Part shown: one piece after another, positions 20,083 through 29,334 of the stretch | Layout of the letters: each line of letters starts with the position of its first letter | How positions within the stretch are numbered: the stretch's first letter is position 1 | Virus record (IMG/VR): IMGVR_UViG_3300037560_000207 | Span: 32,001-96,000 of that record | Length of the DNA stretch: 64,000 nt | Origin: a virus | Reading direction: 5' to 3' (one strand) | The notes under the pieces: model-generated | The model's database searches: none | Told to the model about the DNA's origin: nothing | Seen by the model: the letters and a program-made list of their open reading frames with translations, nothing else | Position numbers and translations under genes: made by a program

Positions 20083-20616
20083 ATGGGAACTACCTACGCA
20101 CTACCAGTTATTGGACGAAACTACGAGTTATCGGCTATCGTGGACGTGGAGGATTATCGGACACTTAAGTTATGGGAATATAGGTGGTATAGAGTTATCG
20201 GAACCAGCGGTATCACTTATGCTCAGACCAATATAAACGGTAAAATGATTACCCTCCATCGCTTAATTATGGGAACTACGGATCGGCCAAGGTCCGTATG
20301 TGTAGATCATATTGATAGAAACGGACTTAATTGTTCTCGGACTAATATGCGTATAACCGATAATACAGGCAATCAAAGAAACGCTCGTAAACATTTATCG
20401 GCCAATCCCACAAGTTCCTATAAAGGTGTCCGACATATGGGTCCAAAATATCGGACCAAACCTTGGCGCGCAGAAATTACATTATCGGATAGCCAACCAC
20501 AACACATTGGAACTTATCGGACTCAAGAAGACGCAGCAAAGGCTTATAATAAAGCGGCCATAAAATTATTTGGACCTATGGCACGATTGAATGTTATTAG
20601 ACCCAAATCCACCTAA
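20083..20616 (+). CDS. HNH endonuclease with C-terminal AP2 domain
   Basis: LHRLIM...VDHIDRNGLNCSRTNMR...SSYKGV...WRAEI...IGTYRTQEDAAKAYNKAAIKLFGPMARLN. Confidence 0.9.
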   Translation: MGTTYALPVIGRNYELSAIVDVEDYRTLKLWEYRWYRVIGTSGITYAQTNINGKMITLHRLIMGTTDRPRSVCVDHIDRNGLNCSRTNMRITDNTGNQRNARKHLSANPTSSYKGVRHMGPKYRTKPWRAEITLSDSQPQHIGTYRTQEDAAKAYNKAAIKLFGPMARLNVIRPKST

Positions 20617-21172
20617 AAAACATATCGGACTGTGTTTTTGTCCAGTAATATCGTTATTCTTACCTAAAAAATACGGTTATTTTCAACCTAGCATAATATA
20701 TCCTATCGGACTTTAGTAAACGGACGTAATTATTATCGGCTAGGACGTTATTTGCCGATAAAAACACGATTGGCGCGCCAAAAACACCTAAAAAAAACCT
20801 ATATAATGTTTGACCTATTGTATAACTACCCCTATAGTATAGTGTAGGATAAGAAACCATAGGGTTATAAGACAGTGTGATAACGGGGAAGCGCCCTACC
20901 GGAAGCGGAGTCTCAAATCCGATAGTCTTGGGAACGTCCCACCGAGATTGTGGGTGAGCGTCCGACAGAGTGTTTGCTCGGGGCGCGAGCCCCGGTATAG
21001 GACGTTTCTCCGTTATCATTCCGACGTGACTATCATAGTCACCGATAATAAGTGATCTACGCAATGTAGGTCCGAATAATGATTCCGAGATTCACTACTT
21101 GCTCGTCCTATAATCGGGACGGAGTAGTCTCGGTATGGGACGGGCAATAACTCTTCTTGCAAGGAGAATTGT

Positions 21173-21520
21173 ATGCCGTCTAGTTCCACAATTGCCGAGT
21201 CTACCACAGCTAGTGGTACGGAATTCGGGTCCGCTGAATTCATCGAGAATGCTGTCTCTTATGCGGAACACAGGGCGCTCGTCAACGCCGCGTCCAAGTA
21301 CGATAACTTGGATGATGCACAAGCCGCGCTTTCTACCGTTTGGGCAGCGCTCGTTGAGCAATCCCAACAGGGTGGAGGGTTTACGCCGTCTGTCGAGTTG
21401 GGGTTCGGGTCTGATAATGCCTCGCAGATCGCGTTTGCACTTATCGGACAACGGAGTCGAGTCACCGATACCCGTAAGGCTATGGTAGCCGTCGGTAAGG
21501 CGAATACGCCGAGCACGTAG
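21173..21520 (+). CDS. Hypothetical Ala/Ser-rich protein
   Basis: Strong AAGGAGA RBS before the ATG; other frames here lack an RBS. Confidence 0.55.
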   Translation: MPSSSTIAESTTASGTEFGSAEFIENAVSYAEHRALVNAASKYDNLDDAQAALSTVWAALVEQSQQGGGFTPSVELGFGSDNASQIAFALIGQRSRVTDTRKAMVAVGKANTPST

Positions 21521-21524
21521 TATC

Positions 21525-22900
21525 TATCGCACCGCGTCTCTAACGTCCAGTAACTCCGGTGGATGATGCCGTTAGGGACGTGGACCGATGGGTATTCTAA
21601 ATCGCTTAGTGGGTGGCACCCATATTGACGGTCAATGATCGTCTAACATAGGCACGCTGTTTGTGTCAGCGATTCCCATAACCCTTTATCACAGCGGGGA
21701 GTCCGATAAGCATCGGGTATACCCGGACGGGGTTGGTCTAGTCCGATAGTCCGCCGTAGTAGGGTCTGTCGAACGTGCAGGATGTGCGCTTCGGGTCTGA
21801 ACCGGAGAATTACGGTTATCGGTCGAAGCCAATCTTAGAAGCGACAAAACGTAGGATTCGAGAATACGAATCCAGTCTACGCCGATAATATGGGCGAGAT
21901 AAGTAACGGTCTTGTCTGCGCAATTCCCTATATGGCGCGCACGGTTCTGGTTCAGCGCCAGATAGCGCTCTGTCTAGGTATAATTGTGTTGACTATCGAA
22001 CAAGACGTTATGGGAATACGTCCGTGGTTCGGTGTAGGCAAGTTAAATCGTCGTGGGATAGGCATATCCTAATGACGGGTTTTTTTGTCCCTGTCGATAA
22101 ACTTTTCTATGCAGATGGTCTAGTTTATTATAGCTGACAATACGCTGGGTCGGATAATAGAAAACGGCGCGGAATACACCTGTCGGGATTGGCATTGAAA
22201 CAGTAAAACGCAAACGGGTAGAATGCGTGTAGCTGTTTCCTTGTAGCCGAACGACACGACGCGGCGGCAGTAGTAAAGCTGGAGTAAACCGACTGTCCGG
22301 TCCAGTGGCGCGCTAGCCCGTCGTTATAAAGTACACAAGAAACAGTCCTATCTGTGATAAGGGTTCGTTTATTCGGATTCCGGTACACTAACTGACAGTA
22401 AAGTAACGGTAGGGCTTTGTACATAAAAAGCAGAGGTAGGGCCTACGGGCCGGGAAGTTAAATCGTATTCTCCATAGAAGAGTCGATAAAGAACATTGTT
22501 CGAGCCGTGTCGATCTTTAATAATTGGAGAATAGATTTAACGGCAAACTTGGTGGGTTAGTTTGTCAACTTTTGGAGTGTTCCCGAGAAGTTTGGATCAC
22601 CATTCGTCAGAGGAACGGGGAGCCTGCCGTACCAGTTTTGGTGGAAATTCTGGTACACTTTTTACGATGACATATCACTACGGACTGCAATCTAGCCAAT
22701 GGGAATAACGTGTTATATATTAGCCAAATCGACGAATGAGGTATAGAGCGCCGTCTGAGGGTTTGGGTTTAACCTGATCGCCTATAATAGGCGGCTCATC
22801 TATACTTTGTCGTCGGGCGTACTTAATAGAAATCGTGCGCACGGTATCTATTGGGGTATATGGCGCGCCTTGAGGGGTGAAATATATATAGAAGCCACAC
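21525..22900 (+). other. Long hairpin-rich, largely non-coding region (candidate structured ncRNA or cis-element)
   Basis: No RBS-led ORF; many perfect or near-perfect stems (see findings). Strand inferred from the terminator. Confidence 0.45.
22049..22086 (+). terminator. Rho-independent terminator
   Basis: CGTC..GGGATA-ggca-TATCCT..GACG stem followed by a T7 run. Confidence 0.6.
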
Positions 22901-23168
22901 TTGGCGTTGCAGCCTGTAGTGATGTGTCATTTTTTAGGGAAATCTGTAAAAGGAAAAATAAGAATGAAAGAGCGTGAACTTGCATGTTGGATTGTCGGAA
23001 GTATAATGGGTTTCACCGCCCTTATGATAGGGGGGATAGGATACTATACCGCAAAGCTTGCAACCATTAAATATGAGGCGTGGATTCAAATCTCCCACGA
23101 GGTAATGAAAGCAATCACCAGTCTAACAGACTAAGAAGAATAGTGATGGAATTCCGATCCACTCTTCT

Positions 23169-23411
23169 TTGTTGTCATACTATCTCAAAAGGGGCTGCAA
23201 AATGATTCAAAAGGGAAGTACTGCAATCGTAAGAACCAGGAACGCGATCTACTCTCCGTGTCAAATTGTTCTCCTGCATGAGAACAGTGTCGCTGTGGAG
23301 TATCTTGCGGGCATGAAGAAAGACAGCAAGACAGGGAAGATGGTTGAGGATCGTCGAGTCGATACGATTCCTCGCAATCAGATTGTCAGCATGTCTGAAA
23401 GACCTTTTTAA
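23169..23411 (+). CDS. Small protein, paralogue of 53588..53824
   Basis: MIQKGSTAIVRTRNAIYSPCQIV...AGMKKDSKTGKM vs MIQKSSTVILRTVNAIYSPCKIV...AGMKKDRKTGKM. Confidence 0.7.
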   Translation: MLSYYLKRGCKMIQKGSTAIVRTRNAIYSPCQIVLLHENSVAVEYLAGMKKDSKTGKMVEDRRVDTIPRNQIVSMSERPF

Positions 23412-23796
23412 GGAGGAAAAAATGATCATTTTTCACGGTGGATGTAGTTGTGGGGTCGTTTGGAGAATAAGTCTTAATGAATATGAAATTGAATCTGGTC
23501 ACCCGGAAAGACCAAATATAATCACGGCTGGTTATTTCAGGTGGTGTCCAATTCTAAAGCAATGGACACTAATTGTATCTCACGATCGGTCGTTTACTTT
23601 TGACTTCACACAAAAAGCGTGGGCGGGTTTGTGGATGGAAAGAGAAAAGATCACGGAACACGCTTCTAACCCTAAGCAACAATAAAAATCAAATCTTTGG
23701 GTGGTTGGCTTTTAACTCTATGCGACAAGTAATACTGTGGCAAGCCGTAAAGGATAAGCCTGGAAATCCACTCTAAGCTAATTTCATCCCTTTTAT

Positions 23797-23893
23797 GAAG
23801 GTGGTAGTTTAATTGGTAAAGCAGCCTATATCCTGATATAATCCTATCGGATCAGGGTGTAAGCAATCGCGGGTTCGAGTCCCGTCCACCTTC
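23797..23893 (+). ncRNA. tRNA-like RNA with an elongated anticodon arm
   Basis: Acceptor AAGGTGG/CCACCTT (plus G-1:C73), D arm GTTT/AAGC, T arm GCGGG-TTCGAGT-CCCGT. The anticodon arm is a ~14-bp helix with a 13-nt loop. Confidence 0.7.
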
Positions 23894-24147
23894 TTCAAGA
23901 ATTCTGGTACATTTTTCTTCATAGGTCGGTATCTCAAAAGGAGAACTATAATGAAACGAATAAATATTAAAGGGACTTGTGGGGTGTGTGGTGAGGAACG
24001 TGATACGTTTGTTTCTGCCAGTAATGTCGATGCTGGCCCGTGGACGTGTGAGAATTGTGCCAAAATCGTAGGTCAATACCTTGCAATGACTGGATACGTT
24101 CTGGTTCTTCCTGTGCCAAATCCCGATACTGTATATTAATAGTCTAA

Positions 24148-24220
24148 GGGGACATAGCTCAATCGGTAGAGTAATCGACTCATAATCGATCGGTTAAGGG
24201 TTCAAGTCCCTTTGTCCCCA
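24148..24220 (+). tRNA. tRNA with CAT anticodon (elongator Met or lysidine Ile2; not initiator)
   Basis: GGGGACA/TGTCCCC acceptor, ATCGA-CTCATAA-TCGAT anticodon arm, AAGGG-TTCAAGT-CCCTT T arm; G1:C72 paired; no encoded CCA. Confidence 0.92.
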
Positions 24221-25206
24221 ATATTATAAAGATATTACCCTCCTTTCCTGGTCATGCTGTCAGATTACGATTTGACAGTGTGGCTAAATGCTCTTTGGTT
24301 TGTAAATCAGAGGGTGTCTAGCTGCACTATCTAAATGTAGTGGGGTAGTATGGGGGTTTCACACTACATCTTGTATAAAATAGCCAGACACAAAATAGGA
24401 GAATAACCACGTGATTAACATGAGACACGATCAATCGGTCCAAATAACGTTCGATAACGGACAATCATTTCTATTGTGGTTTATGCAAGACGGTACAAAT
24501 TCTGTAGCAGTTGAGGATGAATCTGGTAAGGAAATAGGAAGACTTGGTGCTAATGTTCTCATAGAATTCCTATATCTTAAATCTTTGGAAAGTAAAATAT
24601 GAATATAACCAAACAAGATTTGGCAGATCAAAGGAAATTGATCCAAGAGGATTTGAGGCTCATTTTGATTGATATTGATTGTGGGACATGGTATAGGGTC
24701 AATCACGTCATTATTGATAGGATCAAAATCCTTGAGGATAAACTTGATGAATTCACATCCGCCGATAATGATTTCTTCACCTAATTATCACCCCAATAAA
24801 ACAACATCGTCCCAAAAATAGACTATCCGGGGTTCCCTAATAAGTATTCGGGGTTTTCTATGAATAGTCCGGGTGTGTCTCTATACCAGGTGTAAATCAA
24901 TAAAATCCTGCGTTTTTTGTAGGCGCTAGCGACTTAGTCTTATTGATTAGGGGGATGAGTAATGTTAGTGGTAATAGGTAAAATTGAAGTTAAACCCAGT
25001 TTAGAACTCGATGGCACCCTCGTCGAGTTTAATGTTATGTACGATGAAACAAAGATTGGTAGTATAGGCCGATTCCCTTACGATATATGGCTGCTCAAAC
25101 TGGTGGAAAACGTATGGATTTATGAAAATTGTTTGAACGAGATATGGGAACAGTTCCGCAACCATGTAAGCTCGTCTGTCTGCTCGGCATATTAACAGCA
25201 TTCTTT

Positions 25207-25225
25207 ACCCCGTAAACGGGGTTTT
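25207..25225 (+). terminator. Rho-independent terminator
   Basis: ACCCCG-taaa-CGGGGT plus TTT after ORF 24962..25195. Confidence 0.6.
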
Positions 25226-25612
25226 GTCGTAAATACAAATTTTGTAGGCGCGCGCCGCATTATCTAGCGCCTCTATAGGTTGAAAGGAGAAAGAGATGAC
25301 TGTAAGAGAACTAATAGAAACATTAGAAACGTACAATCCAGACTATACAGTTATTGTTGAAACTATCGTCAATAACGTGAATATTGACCACGTAAGGTGT
25401 GGTATCCTGTTCTCGGACACTCACGGAGTAGTAATCTACCCCAAAGAAAAATAAGTTTCGCAGGCTGCAAAACCAAAGTCAAATCTAATCTCGTTTACCG
25501 TGTATATACGATTGTGGGGCTTAGTGGTGACGGGTGGGATAAAGTGGGTAACAAGGCGCTAGGTACAAAAATTGTACCCTGTTTATTATTTTTTGTAGGC
25601 TAATGCCGTGGG

Positions 25613-26482
25613 TTGACGATAAATATCGTCTCATTTTGTAAGAAGATACTAGAAATGATAGAGCACCTTCTCCTAACAGAAAGAAATGGTCTTTTACCGC
25701 ACCCAATAACATATTCACAAGTAAACCCATCAACACATCCAATTTCTGCGCAAGAATTACAAATCCACGGATTCAAAAAAATCCAATACTATTGGCTCCA
25801 CATTCCAACTGGACTAATAAATGCTTCAATTTTGTGGGTGAGAACTGAGCAATATGCCAATCTCCTCATCGAATTATGGAACAATATCGGCGGGCTCACA
25901 TGGAAATATTCATTAGTCCCGTTCAGTGTAGGGGATAACTCAGACCATAAAAAAGACATACCGGAGGAAAAAAGAATGAAAATTGAAAATTGGGCTGTCA
26001 TATTTCCCCCATCAGTAAGCCCATATACACCACCGGAATTATTAAAACAATCGTTACAGGGCGAAATCTTTGGACATCCCAAATTCAATGATGGAAAACG
26101 TATCACAACATCGTCAATCGTCGGGAAAAACAGTCGAAACGAAATCTTAACACACAGTGGTAGTATCTACGAATTAGGTCAAATTGATCCTGCCTACGAA
26201 GCACAATTTCCAGATGCAAAAAACAAGCTGTTAAGCAGTTTGCCTCTACCACACTGTCTTGCAGAAAGTACAAAAACTGTTTTCAAACGTGTTATAAATA
26301 TGGGTTATAAAGTCTACAAGTTACAAAACACATCTGGGTTTTCGAGTGAGAAACCTAGCATAATAATCCAAAAAGGCGACCCAGGATGGGAAATTGCATA
26401 CAATAAGTGGTTGAGAGGCGAAAATCCTACTGATTCAGAACTTTGGAAGTACGGAATATTTGCTTGTACTAAAAGGAAGTAA
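25613..26482 (+). CDS. Hypothetical protein (true start probably further downstream)
   Basis: Long ORF; central MKIENW...GEIFGHPKFNDGKRITTSSIV...THSGSIYELG resembles a small conserved phage domain. Confidence 0.55.
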   Translation: MTINIVSFCKKILEMIEHLLLTERNGLLPHPITYSQVNPSTHPISAQELQIHGFKKIQYYWLHIPTGLINASILWVRTEQYANLLIELWNNIGGLTWKYSLVPFSVGDNSDHKKDIPEEKRMKIENWAVIFPPSVSPYTPPELLKQSLQGEIFGHPKFNDGKRITTSSIVGKNSRNEILTHSGSIYELGQIDPAYEAQFPDAKNKLLSSLPLPHCLAESTKTVFKRVINMGYKVYKLQNTSGFSSEKPSIIIQKGDPGWEIAYNKWLRGENPTDSELWKYGIFACTKRK

Positions 26483-27048
26483 AAATGTCAACACAAACAC
26501 TAGAACAAATGGAATCCGATCTAAGACTTGCAGGATTTATAGAATACTACTCTAGTCTGAGCCACGAACACGCAGTGTCGAAGTGGGAATTGAAAGTACA
26601 CAACGAAAACGGCAAGATCGAATACCTTGTCCGCGCTTTCTTGTATAAAAAATACGGCAGCAATCGGCGCAGTGATTACGACGACGGTGTTGTAGAATTT
26701 GAAGCTACGCTGTATCAGGAAATGCGAGACGACGAATGGATAACACTACAACTTCATGGCTCAAACATCAAATCGGCCCTTTTCTTATTCAGCGACGCAT
26801 ATACTGATCTGTGTTGTGAGTTGGATAGGCATAATAACTAAGGGGCGCTAGAGGAGAAAAGTGTGGTAAGAATAAAGGGTGTTCACGACTTCAAGGTGCT
26901 TAACGACTACGACGATGTGGTGGTGTTTTTCACAGACGAAGAACAGAACGAATATTCCATGGACATAGCCCAGGAGGATGTAGATCAGTTGACCGACGAG
27001 CTTCTTGATATTACCTGATTATCGTCCTGTGGCACAAGGGGATACAAA

Positions 27049-27504
27049 ATGAGAAAATTCAATGTCGGCGATGTGGTCTCATCAACCTCTCCTCCTTATC
27101 TAAACAATAGGAAAATAGTTTCGATAGACGATAGTTGTACTCCAATCCTCTGTTTCATTGAAGGCCGTGAGCCAATCGAAACGTCCCCGCCTCTGTCTTG
27201 TACAGAAAACAGTTTGGTACTCGTTGAAGAAGCACACGCACAACCAGGGGATACGATCGAAATAACATTTAATGAAGATGGATGGCTAGGGAAAAGATTC
27301 GTTGTGGTAGAGTCGGATCGTAAAGGTAGTGAACCGGGTGAGGCGTGGTTCTATGATGAACACAAAACCCTGGGGTACTTCATGTCTCACAACTACAAAA
27401 TAATAAGTCGTTCTGGAAAAGCCCCAAACAACAAAGCTAATAGAGACGTGGACACGTTTCTTAAAGAACAAAAAGATGATAATCTTCGTAGTGTTTTTGG
27501 ATAA
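27049..27504 (+). CDS. Hypothetical protein with two KOW/SH3-like repeats
   Basis: KFNVGDVV... and AQPGDTIEI... repeats. Confidence 0.5.
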   Translation: MRKFNVGDVVSSTSPPYLNNRKIVSIDDSCTPILCFIEGREPIETSPPLSCTENSLVLVEEAHAQPGDTIEITFNEDGWLGKRFVVVESDRKGSEPGEAWFYDEHKTLGYFMSHNYKIISRSGKAPNNKANRDVDTFLKEQKDDNLRSVFG

Positions 27505-28086
27505 CTCACTAGAAATTAAAATGATAATCAAAATAATTGTGCTAACTCTAGTAATTTGGATATTTTTGGAGCTTGGAGTAGTAAGACCAAGAATGAAGCC
27601 AATCTACGCATTCCTACTCATTCTAACTATATTTTCATCACTCTTATGTCTCATACAATGGAGATGAAATGATAACCGAAGTGTTTATACCAGCGGTAAA
27701 TTGGACCAGGCACCTAGTTGATGCAATTAGAAACGCTAAACCTGGGGAAACTACCAGGATCATAGTCCGTAGCCACGAAGAAAGGGAGCTAGGCTTACGG
27801 GCACACGCTCGAATGTGTCCCGAAAAAAACGTGGAGTTCGTTATACAATAGGTGTATTTCGCTTAACACTGCATCCTGATCGTCGGCTCCGAACCAGTTT
27901 GGCCTGTATATATGTTTTCAGTATACCCAAATGTCCCGTTGATATGGAAGACACGTATGCGAGATACCCGTGCTTCCTTGCTTAAAAATTGGTGTATATC
28001 TTTCTCGTAATCCCTACACTAACGTTTTTAAGATGTTAACGGGGCATCTGGATGTACTGAATGCAAGACACAAAAGGAGAATATAG

Positions 28087-28296
28087 ATGAAAACGACAGT
28101 GAGTAATATTCAAGTGGGTGTTGGAGATGAAATCGCTATTTATGATAAGGCGTATAGAATTACATCAATAAAAGATGCCATCAAAGGTATAATGGTAATT
28201 GAAGATGGACATGTTGTAGAATCATCAACCATATACACGTTAGACCTGAGATTACCGGGATGGAGGTTTATACAATACTATATTAATCCGCAATAA
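28087..28296 (+). CDS. Small protein, paralogue of 28605..28826
   Basis: MKTTV...GDEIAIYDKAYRI...LDLRLPGW; preceded by GCAAGACACAAAAGGAG. Confidence 0.65.
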   Translation: MKTTVSNIQVGVGDEIAIYDKAYRITSIKDAIKGIMVIEDGHVVESSTIYTLDLRLPGWRFIQYYINPQ

Positions 28297-28604
28297 ACAA
28301 AACTGGGATTGGAACGGTGGGGTTTTGATCCACTCTTTTTTAGTAAAATTCACAGGGGAAAAATATGTTAGAATTTCGCAAAACAATGGATGATCGCGCA
28401 ATGGATGTCTACCGATGCGAACCACACGCTAAACAACAACATATTGGAAGTATTCAATGGCATCCAGATAAAGTCCCCAGATTTGTCTGGTGTGTAGGTA
28501 CTGCACTTGAAGTAACACTAGGGGAAATGAAAGAAATAATCGAAGCTTTTAAGACATACAGATAGACAAAAACTGAGTTGCAAGACACAAAAAGGAGAGC
28601 GTAG

Positions 28605-28826
28605 GTGAAAACCACAGTAAAAGGTGGGGCAATGAAAGCGTGGTTGGAAGTAAGAGCTGGAGATGAGATAGGTATCGGTGATAAGGCGTATAGGATTATT
28701 GGGATAATTCCCGATTCTCACGTCATAAGTAGGCAGATAATTGAACACGGACATTTCGTTGACTCGGATACTCAACACGAATTAGACCTAAGATTATCTG
28801 GGTGGGAATTTCTGAAGAGACCCTAA
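28605..28826 (+). CDS. Small protein, paralogue of 28087..28296
   Basis: MKTTV...GDEIGIGDKAYRI...LDLRLSGW; same upstream motif. Confidence 0.65.
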   Translation: MKTTVKGGAMKAWLEVRAGDEIGIGDKAYRIIGIIPDSHVISRQIIEHGHFVDSDTQHELDLRLSGWEFLKRP

Positions 28827-28881
28827 CTCTCCACCTTAACTTATTCGTCTGGCTAATTCGGCATTATGAAGCAAAGTTGAA

Positions 28882-29058
28882 ATGACTTGGCCAAAATGGA
28901 ACGTGTTAGTTCATCAACAAAATAGAGCTACCCCATGCCGTATAGGAACTGTGAAAGCACGGAGTATGGGAGAAGCTATACGAAAGGGCAAACGACTTTC
29001 AAGGTCTTGGAAGGTATCCGGTCGTATTGAAATCGAACAAACCATCTTTCTCGGATAA
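28882..29058 (+). CDS. 58-aa protein below the ORF-track cutoff, paralogue of 29134..29334
   Basis: Hand translation MTWPKWNVLVHQQNRATPCRIGTVKARSMGEAIRKGKRLSRSWKVSGRIEIEQTIFLG. Confidence 0.55.
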   Translation: MTWPKWNVLVHQQNRATPCRIGTVKARSMGEAIRKGKRLSRSWKVSGRIEIEQTIFLG

Positions 29059-29133
29059 TACAAATGATTAGACTTTTTATCTCAGCACTCATTATCGTTT
29101 GTGTTGGTGGTTGTCTGTAAAGGGGTTGATACT

Positions 29134-29334
29134 ATGGCGCAGCAAGAATGGGACATACTGATTCACCTTGGAGATGAAGTCCCGCGTTACGTTGGGGCGA
29201 TGAAAGCGTGGGATGAGCAGGAGGCTAAAGAAAAGGGTACACGATTAGCAAATGGTCGGGGTTTGATTGGTCTTATCGAGATTCTATCTTCGGGGCCTGC
29301 AAGCAACACTGATGTAAACTATCATGTTTGGTAG
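29134..29334 (+). CDS. Small protein, paralogue of 28882..29058
   Basis: WDILIH...RYVGAMKAWDEQEAKEKGTRLA...GLIEI. Confidence 0.55.
   Translation: MAQQEWDILIHLGDEVPRYVGAMKAWDEQEAKEKGTRLANGRGLIGLIEILSSGPASNTDVNYHVW

Larger units (their letters stand above)
18061..20712 (+). repeat. Dispersed polar array of the (T)TATCGGA motif
   Basis: About 23 exact TATCGGA copies on the + strand by hand count, plus many one-mismatch variants; irregular spacing; inside and between ORFs. Confidence 0.9.

Noticed and set aside
18061-20712. CRISPR array
   Set aside because: The repeat unit is only 7-9 nt, spacing is irregular and copies lie inside ORFs; no cas genes in the window.
20660-21516. ORFs 20660..21064, 21016..21243, 21095..21451, 21135..21488 and 21259..21516
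   Set aside because: Overlapping frames in a GC-richer segment; only 21173..21520 has a convincing RBS.
23797-23893. Calling the tRNA-like RNA a tRNA-His
   Set aside because: G-1:C73 fits, but the GTG lies within the 3-prime strand of the long helix, not in a 7-nt loop.
24270-24360. tRNA-Tyr(GTA)
   Set aside because: GTGGCTAAATGC…TTGTAAATC resembles a Tyr D and anticodon region, but the anticodon stem pairs poorly and there is no TTCRA T-loop or acceptor stem; at most a remnant.
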